Part shown: positions 21,193-31,842 of the stretch, one piece after another
Numbering within the stretch: position 1 is the stretch's first letter
How the letters are laid out: every line of letters starts with the position of its first letter
From: Halobacteriota archaeon
GTDB lineage: Archaea; Halobacteriota; Syntropharchaeia; Alkanophagales; Methanospirareceae
DNA: 64,000 nucleotides
Assembly (NCBI GenBank): GCA_049287525.1
Contig: JBAQFZ010000059.1
Span: forward strand, 3,045-67,044
Reading direction: 5' to 3'
The notes under the pieces: model-generated
The model's input: the letters and a program-made list of their open reading frames with translations, nothing else
What the model was told of the DNA's origin: nothing
The model's database searches: none
Program-made: the position numbers and the translations under genes

Positions 21193-21381
21193 ATGAAGAA
21201 AGAGCTGATGGATATACTCGCCTGCCCGATGTGTAAGGGCGATTTAGAATTGAGCATAGCAGAGGAAGTGGAAGGCGGCGAGATAGAAAAAGGGAGTTTA
21301 TATTGCAAAAATTGCGACCTGCGGTACCCCATAGAAGAGGGCATACCCAACCTATTGCCACCGGAACTGAAGGTAGAATGA
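21193..21381 (+). CDS. Trm112-like zinc-ribbon protein
   Basis: 62 aa; ILACPMCKG...LYCKNCDLRYPIEEGIPNLL matches Trm112/UPF0434. Confidence 0.72.
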   Translation: MKKELMDILACPMCKGDLELSIAEEVEGGEIEKGSLYCKNCDLRYPIEEGIPNLLPPELKVE

Positions 21382-21413
21382 GAGTATAATTCACGGCGTC
21401 CCGGGACGGTGAG

Positions 21414-22049
21414 ATGGAAAGAATACAGCAGAGGATATACCTTAGTAGAAAGAGTCGGAATTCAATAGAGTTTGAGCATGAAGTATTAAGGATTCCACTG
21501 AAGTTGGGCGGTGAGACGAGCTTTGAGATACTTATCATCAATCACGGCGAGCCAACACATGTGCATTTCTCGCTTGGCGAAGATATGGCGGACAAAGTGA
21601 TGATACTGCAGGATAAGGTCTATGTAATAGAGAAGGAAAAGATAGCAGCGATTGTAAGACTGCCGAAGAGCTATGCCGATGCGTTAGAAGAGGAAGAGAT
21701 GGGTGCAGGCGATATATTCGTGAGTAGCGGCTATGGCGCCACGAAGAGGAGTTTTTCGGTGGAGATAGTAGAGCAGGAGACGGAAGAAAGGACGGTACCG
21801 ATAGAAGAGAGAATAGACGAAGTAGAGGCAAAAAGAGAGATAGAGGAAAAGAAGGAGGAAGTGGTGAGAGAGATTGCAATATCTCTGGAGAGACTGGCTT
21901 TTTTGCGTCGGTTGGCGGTATCCGCAGCGGCAATAGCACTATTTTTTATCGCGTTCGCCCTTAGCTCTTACACTAATCAGCCTATAAATTTCACTTTTGC
22001 GTTAATTGCCGCGGCAATCTTCTTATTTATCGTGATTTATAATCAATAG
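21414..22049 (+). CDS. hypothetical protein, soluble N-domain plus acidic linker plus C-terminal double TM anchor
   Basis: 211 aa; coding-like composition; C-terminal hydrophobic segments LAVSAAAIALFFIAFAL and FALIAAAIFLFIVIY. Confidence 0.4.
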   Translation: MERIQQRIYLSRKSRNSIEFEHEVLRIPLKLGGETSFEILIINHGEPTHVHFSLGEDMADKVMILQDKVYVIEKEKIAAIVRLPKSYADALEEEEMGAGDIFVSSGYGATKRSFSVEIVEQETEERTVPIEERIDEVEAKREIEEKKEEVVREIAISLERLAFLRRLAVSAAAIALFFIAFALSSYTNQPINFTFALIAAAIFLFIVIYNQ

Positions 22050-22083
22050 CAATGAATGCGAGAAGGGAGCTAAAAAGAGGAGG

Positions 22084-22986
22084 ATGTTCCGGCAAAAAAA
22101 AGTCACTGTGGTTGCTATTGTAATATTGGCGGTGATGGGTATAGCGGCGGTTACGGTTTGCATTTGTAGCTCGATGACCACGATAATTGTTATTTCACCG
22201 TCCACTAAAGCCGTGACCCCAGGAGAGACATTCACGGTTGATATACTCGTGACGCCCAATCAGCCACTAAAGGGAATAAATCTGGATTTGAAAATAGACC
22301 CGTCGCTTATTACGGTGAACAGCGTAGCAAATGGAGGGATGTTTACGGGTAGTTGTTTTGGTTCTAATAATATCGGTGATGGTACAGTCACTATATTTGG
22401 TGTCGCTGCTCTCGGTGGGGCAATATCCAGACCCGGCACATTCGCCATGGTCTATATGACTGCAAATTCTGAACACACCGGGACTACTACACTACATTTT
22501 TCACGTGTGAGTGTAGAAGGTCAGGAAGGAGAAGTAAGAAGTGCAGTGACTGATGGACTTGTTACCGTCAGACAGCCAGCGGTTTTTGATACGGGTTACG
22601 GCTCCTATCCGAGCATAGCCGGTACACATACCGGGACAATAACGCCAAACCGGGATATAATGGTTTACATGCTTTACACGTATCCATGCCCGGGTACGGG
22701 TGGGCATACGGCATCTGTAATTATAAAGGATAACACCAATATAACCGGGGATTGGCATGGTTACAAAGGGGATTGGGACGGCATTCGGTTCTCTCCACAG
22801 TTCGTATTACTGACAGGGCATACTTATCATTACCGTATATGCACGGGTTCATATCCACAGATAATTCATAATCACACCCTTGGAAACGAATATGGAATAA
22901 TCAACTGTACGCGGTTTATTGATGTAAATGGTCGGTCGTATAATGATTGGATACCGGCGTTTCGATTAGAGGGTACATTTATTTGA
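22084..22986 (+). CDS. secreted cohesin-domain protein with conserved C-terminal domain (paralogue of 56565..57524)
   Basis: Signal/TM followed by cohesin-like VTPGETFTVDILVTPNQPLKGINLDLKIDPSLITVNSV. The C-terminal domain shares VFDTGyGsYPSIaGTHtGTITP...MYTYPCpGTGGH...TGSYP...NGRsyNDWI with the protein at 56565. Confidence 0.65.
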   Translation: MFRQKKVTVVAIVILAVMGIAAVTVCICSSMTTIIVISPSTKAVTPGETFTVDILVTPNQPLKGINLDLKIDPSLITVNSVANGGMFTGSCFGSNNIGDGTVTIFGVAALGGAISRPGTFAMVYMTANSEHTGTTTLHFSRVSVEGQEGEVRSAVTDGLVTVRQPAVFDTGYGSYPSIAGTHTGTITPNRDIMVYMLYTYPCPGTGGHTASVIIKDNTNITGDWHGYKGDWDGIRFSPQFVLLTGHTYHYRICTGSYPQIIHNHTLGNEYGIINCTRFIDVNGRSYNDWIPAFRLEGTFI

Positions 22987-23008
22987 ACACCATCCAGAGA
23001 CAATATAT

Positions 23009-23518
23009 ATGGGATTAACGGAAGAGGAGTTGCGATTCGTAACTGACAGGATGTTAGGCAAGTTAAGCGTGTGGTTACGTGTTCTTGGACACGATACGGT
23101 TTACGTTGCGGATTTAAAAGCTATGGGCGCTGCTGCTGAGGATAAAGCCCTTGCCGCTTTTGCAAAAGAAGAATCGCGAATATTGCTCACACGAGACAAA
23201 GACCTCGTGACTCTGGCGAGGAAGAAGGGTGTACAATGTCTGTATATACAAGCCGATGATGTGATGACACAATTGAAGGAACTGCTTCGGTATAACTTAG
23301 ACATAAACCTCGAACCTGTGCCGCAAAGATGTAGCGTGTGCAATGCACGTATACGGAGGGTAACGAACGAGGAATGGGATATGTTGATGGGGAATAGCTA
23401 TGTACCAACGAGCGAGGTGGGAAAGAGAGAATTCTGGGTTTGTGTGCGTTGTGGTAAGATATACTGGGCAGGAAGCCACTGGCGGAATATGCGTGAGCGG
23501 TTGAGGCAGTTGCAATAA
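23009..23518 (+). CDS. Mut7-C (DUF82) PIN-like ribonuclease domain protein with C-terminal zinc ribbon
   Basis: RFVTDRMLGKLSVWLRVLGHDTVY... and C-terminal CSVCN...CVRCGKIYWAGSHW. Confidence 0.65.
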   Translation: MGLTEEELRFVTDRMLGKLSVWLRVLGHDTVYVADLKAMGAAAEDKALAAFAKEESRILLTRDKDLVTLARKKGVQCLYIQADDVMTQLKELLRYNLDINLEPVPQRCSVCNARIRRVTNEEWDMLMGNSYVPTSEVGKREFWVCVRCGKIYWAGSHWRNMRERLRQLQ

Positions 23519-23562
23519 ATAAATCTTTTTATGCTCTGAAGATTAAATAGTAGATAGAGAAA

Positions 23563-24537
23563 ATGGCAAAAAGAGGAGTCCAATATTTTACACTTTCTGA
23601 GATAGAGCCCCGCATATGGTTCATGCTGACCGGCTGTAACTTCCGCTGTAAGGGCTGTTTCCGACCTGCTCGCGATGGCGGAGGCACCTTACTCAGTGCG
23701 GAAGAGACACTGGAGTTTGCAGAGCAGGCATGCCTCAGGCATTACGGGCTGATTCCGGTCAAAGCGATGATTACGGGTGGCGAGCCTACACTTGACCGGG
23801 AATACCTCCTGACACTCGTTAGAGGCTTGAAGGCGAGAGGATTCAAAGAGATTATTTTGATGTCCAATGGTTACGAGATTGGACGAGAAGAGAATTATGC
23901 CCAGGAGTTAGTAGCTGGAGGTTTAACCGAGGCGCATATAGACGTCAAAGCATTCTCTGAAGATATTCATATAGGGTACACGGGTAAATCGAATAAACCA
24001 GTATTAAACGCCGTGCGATTATTAAACGAGACGGGCATAGAACTGCTTATTCAGACAGTTTACATGCCTGGTATCGTGGACGATAAGGAGATAGAGCGAA
24101 TAGCACGGTTCCTTTCAGCCATAGATAAAGCGATAAAATATCGGATAAACCCGTTTACGCCCACATTCGCATTTGAAGAAGTTACCAGGCGTCCAACCAT
24201 AGAAGAGATGGAATCCGCTTACAAACTCGCTTCCCTCTATCTACCTAACGTGATAATAAGCAGGAGTTGCTATCGTGAATATCCCACACCACCAGCACAA
24301 GAGACCTGGATAACCGTATATCCTGACCTCACAATCAAAAGGAGAAGCATAAAAGACCAGGAAGAGGATAGAATTTCATGGCTCAGTCATGCAAAGGCGA
24401 AATCACGGGCAGAGGTACTTCAAGCGCTTAATCGCGCAGACCCGGGATATCTCCATGAACTGGGCGAGGTAATAATGAGAAACGCGACTTATTATGCAGC
24501 GCCCAGCACAAATCGCACACCGAAAAACGTTAAATGA
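23563..24537 (+). CDS. radical SAM protein (activase-like)
   Basis: CNFRCKGC (the CxxxCxxC motif), ITGGEPTL and a TIM-barrel-like length. Confidence 0.7.
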   Translation: MAKRGVQYFTLSEIEPRIWFMLTGCNFRCKGCFRPARDGGGTLLSAEETLEFAEQACLRHYGLIPVKAMITGGEPTLDREYLLTLVRGLKARGFKEIILMSNGYEIGREENYAQELVAGGLTEAHIDVKAFSEDIHIGYTGKSNKPVLNAVRLLNETGIELLIQTVYMPGIVDDKEIERIARFLSAIDKAIKYRINPFTPTFAFEEVTRRPTIEEMESAYKLASLYLPNVIISRSCYREYPTPPAQETWITVYPDLTIKRRSIKDQEEDRISWLSHAKAKSRAEVLQALNRADPGYLHELGEVIMRNATYYAAPSTNRTPKNVK

Positions 24538-24539
24538 GC

Positions 24540-25247
24540 TCAATCTTCGCCCGTCTCCATCAACCTCTCAAGCACCTTCTCCAGGTACGCTTTACTTTTT
24601 GCGGCATCTGCAACTATTTGTTTATAGTCCAGTACCTCACCGGCAATTATACCATGAGCATAATTGTCCACAGTGCTTATATTCGCGTATCTAAGCCCCA
24701 GCTCCTTTGCAAGTGTCGCTTCTGAAGCCATGCTCATGCCTACCACATCTGCATAGCTCTTTATGAAGTTTATCTCCGCCCGGGTTTCGAGCCTTGGTCC
24801 CTGAGTCTGGAAATAAACGCCCTGCTTCACGAGGCGGTCCCTTACAACCTCTTTCGCCACTGTTATTATTGCAGTTCTCAAACCTTCATCCAGGCTCGGT
24901 GTAATATGAACGAGTTTGTGCTCATAAAAGGTGGGTATGCTGCACAGGTTTATGTAATCGTGAGGAACAACCAGTGACCGGGGTTTTATATCGCGCTTCA
25001 AACTGCCAGCGGAAGTAGCACCTATGACTTCCTCTATGCCCAGCTCCTTAAATGCCATTATATTTGCCCTGTAATTTATCCTGTGTGGCGGTATATTTGT
25101 CGCTTTACCATGTCTTGGGATGAAGACGCAGGCAGCGGTAACGAGAAGGTAAACTGAGCCGTATATTGTCTTAACCTCCTTCGCCTGCGCACCTTCAAGT
25201 AACCTCGTGCCGAAGAGGCTTGTGCCGCCAATTATCCCGAGTCTCAT
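24540..25247 (-). CDS. mtnP: S-methyl-5'-thioadenosine / purine nucleoside phosphorylase
   Basis: MRLGIIGGTSL..., ...PRHG...PHRINYRANI and VVGMSMASEATLAKELGL match the PNP/MTAP family. The start is taken at the internal Met. Confidence 0.82.
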   Translation of the reverse strand: MRLGIIGGTSLFGTRLLEGAQAKEVKTIYGSVYLLVTAACVFIPRHGKATNIPPHRINYRANIMAFKELGIEEVIGATSAGSLKRDIKPRSLVVPHDYINLCSIPTFYEHKLVHITPSLDEGLRTAIITVAKEVVRDRLVKQGVYFQTQGPRLETRAEINFIKSYADVVGMSMASEATLAKELGLRYANISTVDNYAHGIIAGEVLDYKQIVADAAKSKAYLEKVLERLMETGED

Positions 25248-25257
25248 TTTGCACGAC

Positions 25258-27021
25258 TCACAAGTAATAATATTTACCCGTTTCCTTCTGTTCACGGTCT
25301 TTCGAGGACCCCAGCTTATTTATCCGTGGCCTGAGCGTGCTTTCATCACGTCTGAATGTCACACCCAATTCCTTCAAAAATATGTCCATGCCCTCTCGCA
25401 TCTCAAAACAACCTCTTATCTCGCCTCGTATGCCCGGTTCTCCTTCAAAGACCATTAACCTGTCGCTTAACAGATCTATCATATATATGTCGTGGTCTGC
25501 AATCAACATAGATACGCCCCTTCGCTCTGCATACCGCCTGACTGCTTTTATCAACCGCACCTTCTGCTCCACATCCAGATGCGCTGACGGCTCATCCAGC
25601 ATATACAAAGACGCTTCATGACAAAGACAGGCAGCAATCGCAACGCTTTGCAGTTCACCACCACTGAGTTCTTTTATCTTCTTCGTCTCTATCTCCGGTA
25701 TTCCCAATGGGTGTAACACATCAATAATAGCCGCTTCGCTTAATTTTAGCGAATAAAAGAACTCCTTCACGCTTATATCCCGCTCGCCCTTCAGGTACTG
25801 CGGCTTGTAAGAGATGGTAATGTCAAAAGATATTTTGCCAGTAGTCGGCTCTGTCTCACCTGCTAATACGCGCATAAACGTGCTTTTCCCGATGGCATTT
25901 CTTCCGACCATCCCCAATACCTCGCCAGTCGCTATATCGCCTTGCTGTGCCACCAGTACAAAACCGTCTTTATCATACCGCTTCTCAAAGCCGTTGTATT
26001 CGATGAACACCGCTCTTTCTTCTCGTTTCTCCCGTGGCGGATGTGCGGTGAATTCTATTGGCTTCTCCCGTATACGCACGTTCTCGGCATGCAAGAAGCC
26101 ACCCAAATATTCTTTTATGCCTCTATTCGTGCCCTTTGGCATCGTAACTACGCCATACTCGCCGGGCTTACCGTATATGAGGTGAACATAATCGGCGAGC
26201 ATATCAAGGATAGCGAGGTCGTGTTCCACCACAACCACGGGTTTATCTTTCAAAACAGTTTTTATACCTTTTGCTACATTCACACGTTGATAAATGTCCA
26301 GATATGGTGTTATCTCATCAAAGAAGAAGAAATCCGCTGCTCTTACCATACAGCCAATGATCGCAACCCTTTGTAGTTCGCCACCACTCAGCTCATTTAT
26401 ATCCTTATTCCGTGCTTCTTCAAGTTCAAAACTCGTCACGAGTTGTTCTGCCACGCCAGTTTCGTCTGCTTTTTCCAGTAACTCGTGGACTTTACCATCA
26501 AAGAATTCAGGAATTGCATCCACATATTGAGGCTTATAAGACACTTTTATTGCCCTTTTTGATAGCTTATCAAAGTAAACCTGTAATTCTGAACCGCTGT
26601 ATCGCTTTATTATCTCGTTCCAACCGGTTTCTGATTCTATATTGCCAAGGTTCGGAACCTGCAAGCCCGATAATATTCTGATTGCCGTGCTCTTCCCCGT
26701 ACCGTTCTCGCCTAATAGTCCGGTTACTTTGCCTGATTTTGGTATCGGAATACCATAGAGCACGAACCCGTTTTCGCCATATCTGTGTGTCGCTTCTCCC
26801 TTTAGCTCTTCCGGTAAGCCTATGATAGAGATAGCCCCAAATGGGCATTTCTTTATGCATATTCCACAACCTTCACATAGCTCTTCGGATATTACCGGTT
26901 TACCATCATTGCCCAGGACGATGGTCTCTGTTCCTGTTCGTACCATCGGGCAATATTTCAGGCATTCATACTCGCATCTCCGCGGCTGGCACTTATCCCG
27001 CTTCAGTATCGCTATCCGCAT
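25258..27021 (-). CDS. abcE1: ABCE1 / RNase L inhibitor (ribosome recycling ATPase)
   Basis: N-terminal 2x[4Fe-4S] region (CQPRRCEYECLKYCP...CEGCGICIKKCP) plus two ABC cassettes (GENGTGKST, LSGGELQR). Confidence 0.9.
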   Translation of the reverse strand: MRIAILKRDKCQPRRCEYECLKYCPMVRTGTETIVLGNDGKPVISEELCEGCGICIKKCPFGAISIIGLPEELKGEATHRYGENGFVLYGIPIPKSGKVTGLLGENGTGKSTAIRILSGLQVPNLGNIESETGWNEIIKRYSGSELQVYFDKLSKRAIKVSYKPQYVDAIPEFFDGKVHELLEKADETGVAEQLVTSFELEEARNKDINELSGGELQRVAIIGCMVRAADFFFFDEITPYLDIYQRVNVAKGIKTVLKDKPVVVVEHDLAILDMLADYVHLIYGKPGEYGVVTMPKGTNRGIKEYLGGFLHAENVRIREKPIEFTAHPPREKREERAVFIEYNGFEKRYDKDGFVLVAQQGDIATGEVLGMVGRNAIGKSTFMRVLAGETEPTTGKISFDITISYKPQYLKGERDISVKEFFYSLKLSEAAIIDVLHPLGIPEIETKKIKELSGGELQSVAIAACLCHEASLYMLDEPSAHLDVEQKVRLIKAVRRYAERRGVSMLIADHDIYMIDLLSDRLMVFEGEPGIRGEIRGCFEMREGMDIFLKELGVTFRRDESTLRPRINKLGSSKDREQKETGKYYYL

Positions 27022-27271
27022 TTTACGTTATTCTATTCTCTTCTCCTCTCTGATTCTGGTATGGTGTTTTATCTATTAGTAGTGGAGCGCATAGCTAAAA
27101 AAAAAAGAAGGAAGTTGCACCTGTCAACCCGTGAATACTTTTGTCATCATTCCCTGGCATTATCTAAGCATTTGTCAAAAGTAAATACCGAAAACTTTAT
27201 AAATTGAATGCCTTCATATCTCTTTTGGCTAGTGCAAGAAAAAACGCGAGCGAAAAATAGAGGAGTGAAAT

Positions 27272-29158
27272 ATGGAAGATAAAAGGACGATAGATATACT
27301 AAAATCAAGGCTGGAACTGGAACACTACCAGAAACTTATCAGGATAGATAATCCGGAACTCCTTGCATTCATTGCCAGGTATATTGAGCTTTGTAATCCG
27401 GATAAGGTCTTTGTCCGCACCGATTCTACGGAAGATATACGGTATATCAGGGAGGAAGCGATACGCGCGGGCGAGGAGCAGGAACTTGCCATAAAGGGAC
27501 ATACGGTTCATTTCGATGGCTATTACGACCAGGCAAGGGATAAGACTAATACGAAGTTCCTTATACCGCCGGATGTTGATTTAGGCCCGGGAATAAATGC
27601 AATGGATAGAGTAGAGGGGCTCAAAGAGATTCATGATACTATGCGCGACATCATGCGTGGGCATCAGTTGTTTGTGCTTTTTTGCTGCTTGGGACCGCAT
27701 AATTCAGTATTCGCCATTCCCGCGGTTCAGCTCACCGATTCCGGCTATGTAGCGCATTCGGAGGCACTGCTGTACAGACCTGGCTATGAAGAGTTCTTAA
27801 GAGGAAGGCAATCCGTACGGTTCTTAAAGTTTGTACATTCCGCGGGTGCACTGGACGATAGGAAGACCTCGATTAACTTAGCAAAACGCAGAATTTATAT
27901 AGACCTCGAAACGGAGACGGTGTATAGTGTGAATACGCAATATGGCGGTAATACAATCGGTCTGAAGAAGTTAGCGATGCGTCCAGCAATCACTCGTGCA
28001 TCAAAAGAAGGCTGGTTGACAGAACACATGTTTATCATGGGTGTGCATGGTCCCGCGAATAGGGTAACTTACGTTACAGGCGCGTTTCCATCGCTCTGTG
28101 GAAAGACCTCAACGTCCATGCTGCCTGGAGAAACAATAGTCGGTGATGATATAGCGTACTTAAGGGAAAAAGAGGGTGTGATACGTGCCGTCAACCCGGA
28201 GAGAGGTATTTTTGGAATAATACAGGGTATAAATTCGGAGGACGATCCATTAATCTGGAAGACGCTTCACACCCCTGGAGAAGTTATATTCTCCAATGTG
28301 CTGGTTACAGAAGATAAAAGCGTATTCTGGATTGGTAAAGACGAAGAAGAGCCACTAAAAGGTTTTCATCATTCTGGCGACTGGGAACGTGGAAAGAGAG
28401 ATGAAGGGGGCAAAGAGATCTCACTTTCGCATCCAAATGCACGGTTCACGCTTGACCTGAAGAGCTTAGACAATGTGGACCCGGAGTTCGACAATCCAGA
28501 AGGTGTGGTAATAGGCGGAATAATCTACGGCGGAAGGGATTCGGACACGAAAGTGCCGGTTGAAGAATCCTTCAACTGGGTGCATGGCGTTATTACTATG
28601 GGTGCGGCACTGGAGTCGGAATCAACAGCGGCAACGCTGGGCAAAGAGGGGGAACGGAAGATAAATCCTATGTCGAACCTGGATTTCCTCTCTATTCCTA
28701 TTGGTAGGTATATAGAATCACATCTAACTTTTGGCGCTAAATTGACGAATCCACCGCCCATATTCTCCGTGAACTATTTCCTGCGAGATGCCGGGGGTAA
28801 TTTCATGAATGATAAGACAGATAAGGCTGTGTGGCTAAGATGGATGGAACTGCGTTCACATGGCGAGATGGAAGCATTAAAGACACCTACTGGTTTGATA
28901 CCAGAGTACGAAGCCCTTAGGGGGCTGTTCCAAACCGTACTCAACAAAGACTATCAGAGAGAAGATTATACAAAACAGTTCACTGTTAGGGTGGCGGCGA
29001 ATTTAGCCAAGCTCGAGCGGGTAGAGGCGTTCTACCGGACAAAAGTAAAGGATACGCCAGAACTTGTGTTCACGGTGTTTGAGGAGCAAAGGCAAAGGCT
29101 AATCAAAGCAAAAGTGGAATATGGGGATTACATCGCACCTGATGATGATGATGCATGA
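27272..29158 (+). CDS. pckG: GTP-dependent phosphoenolpyruvate carboxykinase
   Basis: Motifs FPSLCGKTSTSML, YGGNTIGLKKLAMR and GDDIAYL match the PCK-GTP family. Confidence 0.88.
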   Translation: MEDKRTIDILKSRLELEHYQKLIRIDNPELLAFIARYIELCNPDKVFVRTDSTEDIRYIREEAIRAGEEQELAIKGHTVHFDGYYDQARDKTNTKFLIPPDVDLGPGINAMDRVEGLKEIHDTMRDIMRGHQLFVLFCCLGPHNSVFAIPAVQLTDSGYVAHSEALLYRPGYEEFLRGRQSVRFLKFVHSAGALDDRKTSINLAKRRIYIDLETETVYSVNTQYGGNTIGLKKLAMRPAITRASKEGWLTEHMFIMGVHGPANRVTYVTGAFPSLCGKTSTSMLPGETIVGDDIAYLREKEGVIRAVNPERGIFGIIQGINSEDDPLIWKTLHTPGEVIFSNVLVTEDKSVFWIGKDEEEPLKGFHHSGDWERGKRDEGGKEISLSHPNARFTLDLKSLDNVDPEFDNPEGVVIGGIIYGGRDSDTKVPVEESFNWVHGVITMGAALESESTAATLGKEGERKINPMSNLDFLSIPIGRYIESHLTFGAKLTNPPPIFSVNYFLRDAGGNFMNDKTDKAVWLRWMELRSHGEMEALKTPTGLIPEYEALRGLFQTVLNKDYQREDYTKQFTVRVAANLAKLERVEAFYRTKVKDTPELVFTVFEEQRQRLIKAKVEYGDYIAPDDDDA

Positions 29159-29177
29159 ATCCGGCATACATAGATAG

Positions 29178-30215
29178 CTACTTCTTCTTTATGTTATCCG
29201 CCCTCTTCCGCTTATGCTCGACCAGGAAGTCCAGTTGTGCAGGGTCTGCCTCTCCAAAGTCCGCATACCCCTTCTCTCTAATGAACTCTATTACCCTCTT
29301 CGCATTCGCTTCGCGTACGGATATCGTAGAGAATCCGGGGGCACTACCTACGCTACCCACACTCACATCGGCTTCCACCGCCGTGAAATCACAGCAAACG
29401 TGGCAGCCACTCGGGAGTATCTCTTCGAGTACCTTCACCTTAAAATTCACTTCGCTATCCGTCATAGTAGCGATGAACTTACCTTTAGTTATGTCTGTCT
29501 TAACGAGCTTCGAGAAATCCACGCCCTTCTCCTGCAGGTATCGCGAAATATCCGAGTAATGGAAATTTTCAGTGCAGAACAATCCCACCACGAGTTTTAC
29601 CTTCTCCCGGAAAAGGGGATATTCCCGCTGCAGTCTTCTAACACCCGACACGATGCAGGGCGTACCGATAACACCTACACCTCTCTTCGTGAACCTCACC
29701 GCTTTCTTCAACTCCGGGAGTACATCTGCGAACGTATATTTTGTGCCTCCAAGTGTGGAACTCGCAAGCTGCTCGGGCTCTCGCACATGGAATATCTCAG
29801 TCGCCCAGTTCTCGTCCCTGCCCACGAATAAACCCCGGTCTATCAGCCCCAGCTCCATTGCAGAAACGATAAGTTCGGTTACCATCGCACCATCCTGCCC
29901 TGCGAACCGCTTTGACCGCCCGGCAATGAATTCGATTGAGGAACCCATACCACTTAATGGTTCGTAAACAAACCGCGGGCATACCCGTACACAGGCACCG
30001 CAGTCAAGACATCTGGTCTCATAATCTGGAAAATCTACTTTATCCCCTACTATCTCCCACTCGCCGCCGGGGCATACCGCTGCGCACGTCAAGCACCGAC
30101 TGCATATCTTCGTATCTATAACCACTGATTTCAGGTTCTCAAAGTACAATTTATCCTTTAACGGTTTATCATGCCTTTTTATTTCCCATTCGGATTCGCC
30201 TATTACTGTTGCCAT
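29178..30215 (-). CDS. FpoF/FqoF-like protein: N-terminal 2x[4Fe-4S] ferredoxin domain fused to a FrhB-family F420-binding domain
   Basis: CSRCLTCAAVCPGG...CLDCGACVRVCP followed by the FrhB-like GVIGTPCIVSGVRRLQRE. Confidence 0.7.
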   Translation of the reverse strand: MATVIGESEWEIKRHDKPLKDKLYFENLKSVVIDTKICSRCLTCAAVCPGGEWEIVGDKVDFPDYETRCLDCGACVRVCPRFVYEPLSGMGSSIEFIAGRSKRFAGQDGAMVTELIVSAMELGLIDRGLFVGRDENWATEIFHVREPEQLASSTLGGTKYTFADVLPELKKAVRFTKRGVGVIGTPCIVSGVRRLQREYPLFREKVKLVVGLFCTENFHYSDISRYLQEKGVDFSKLVKTDITKGKFIATMTDSEVNFKVKVLEEILPSGCHVCCDFTAVEADVSVGSVGSAPGFSTISVREANAKRVIEFIREKGYADFGEADPAQLDFLVEHKRKRADNIKKK

Positions 30216-30240
30216 TTTGAGGTAGTATTAGGAGAAAGGC

Positions 30241-30747
30241 TTATATAATCTTTTCGTTTTTTTTATTATTTACAAAAACGGCGATGATGTCCCCTCTTGC
30301 TATTAGCCCTACCAATTTACCCGCGGCGTCTACCACGGGAATACGCTTAAAATCGTGCTTGTGCATTATCCGTGCCGCATTAGAGATTGGGTCATCGGGA
30401 GAGATAGTTACCGGGTCTTTTGACATCACGTCCTTCACCTTGCCATCAAACAGTGTATCAATGTCGTCCGGAATCTTCTTTACCTTCTTCATGTAGCGGG
30501 ATATAGAGAACACCGGAAAAGGATTAAGCGGGTCTATATCGGGAAATGGAACCGAAGCAGTCAATTTCATGATGTCCTCCTCACTGATTACGCCAATAAC
30601 CCTGCTCTGGTCATCAATCACCGGTGCCCCACTAATTCGCTTCGTTTTGAAAGTAGCAGCCACGAGAGGTATTTTATCGTCTGGTTTGAATGCTATTACA
30701 TCGGTTCTCATCAACGCTTTAACTTTAATGCCTGCCTTCGTTTGCAT
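30241..30747 (-). CDS. CBS domain pair protein
   Basis: Two CBS motifs (VMRTDVIAF..., VMSKDPVTISPDD...) with GVI/GLI signatures. Confidence 0.75.
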   Translation of the reverse strand: MQTKAGIKVKALMRTDVIAFKPDDKIPLVAATFKTKRISGAPVIDDQSRVIGVISEEDIMKLTASVPFPDIDPLNPFPVFSISRYMKKVKKIPDDIDTLFDGKVKDVMSKDPVTISPDDPISNAARIMHKHDFKRIPVVDAAGKLVGLIARGDIIAVFVNNKKNEKII

Positions 30748-30766
30748 TTCTTACCACCCGCTTATT

Positions 30767-31240
30767 TTATTCTTCCTCATACAGCGAAGCGATAATATCT
30801 GCTCGGGTAACTATTCCTACCAATTTACCGTCACTATCCACCACGGGTAATCTATTGAATCCCTTTGTGTGCATAATCTGTGCTGCATCGTCAATTAACG
30901 CATCCGGGGAGATCGTTTCGGGATTTTTTGACATTACCTCCTTCACTTTCATCTTGCTCGCTTTTTCGATGTCTTGCTGTATATCTTCCAGATCCTCGCC
31001 AAATAACTGTATAAGGTCGTGAATCGTAAAGATAGACGTGTACCAGTGGAAATTATCCAGTAGTTTTAAAATATCCGCTTCACTAATCACACCTACTACT
31101 TCTTCACGGTCATTGAGAACAGGAACCCCAGCTATCTTTCGCTCTTTTAATACGCTCGCAACATCCAGTAATGAATCGCTATCCAATACTGTAATTACTT
31201 CTCGTGTCATAATCTCTTCCACTTTCTCCTTCTCTTTCAT
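30767..31240 (-). CDS. CBS domain pair protein
   Basis: IMTREVITV...GVPVL and VMSKNPETISPDA...LPVVD. Confidence 0.75.
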   Translation of the reverse strand: MKEKEKVEEIMTREVITVLDSDSLLDVASVLKERKIAGVPVLNDREEVVGVISEADILKLLDNFHWYTSIFTIHDLIQLFGEDLEDIQQDIEKASKMKVKEVMSKNPETISPDALIDDAAQIMHTKGFNRLPVVDSDGKLVGIVTRADIIASLYEEE

Positions 31241-31339
31241 TGCTCTTCTCCCTATTATCTCCTTTCTGCTGTTTGTTCTTTTAATTTTAAATATTGGAAT
31301 TTATATATTTGGCAGGGATAGTAAATAAATAAATAAAGA

Positions 31340-31825
31340 ATGAAGATAGGTGTAATCTCGGATACACATGCAAAAGACTTAGTGGACTTACCCGTGCGAA
31401 TTCCAGAAGTCCTACGCGATGTAGATTTGATAATTCATGCCGGTGACTATACAACTATAAATTTGCTTGACCAACTGCGGTACCTGGGTAATTTCAAAGG
31501 TGTTCACGGCAACATGGACACAAAAGAGCTCAGAAGGGAACTACCCGCGAAAGAGATTCTTGAAATAGAGGGATTCCGAATTGGTATCACCCATCCTGCG
31601 GAGGGCGGCAGTCCAATCGGGTTGGAAAAACGCGTAGGTGCGGAATTCGGTACGGATTTAGACCTCATTATTTATGGGCACACGCACAAGCCAGTGAATA
31701 AACGAATCGGTAATGTTATCTATTTCAATCCGGGTAGTGCGACCGGAGTTTTTCCCGCAAGATACCGGACTTACGGTATATTAAGAATAGAAGACGAGAT
31801 AGAAGGTGAACTCATAATATTATAA
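31340..31825 (+). CDS. YfcE/MJ0936-family metallophosphoesterase
   Basis: MKIGVISDTH..., IHAGDYT and IYGHTHKP...FNPGS. Confidence 0.8.
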   Translation: MKIGVISDTHAKDLVDLPVRIPEVLRDVDLIIHAGDYTTINLLDQLRYLGNFKGVHGNMDTKELRRELPAKEILEIEGFRIGITHPAEGGSPIGLEKRVGAEFGTDLDLIIYGHTHKPVNKRIGNVIYFNPGSATGVFPARYRTYGILRIEDEIEGELIIL

Positions 31826-31842
31826 GAATAAGACGTAAAGCA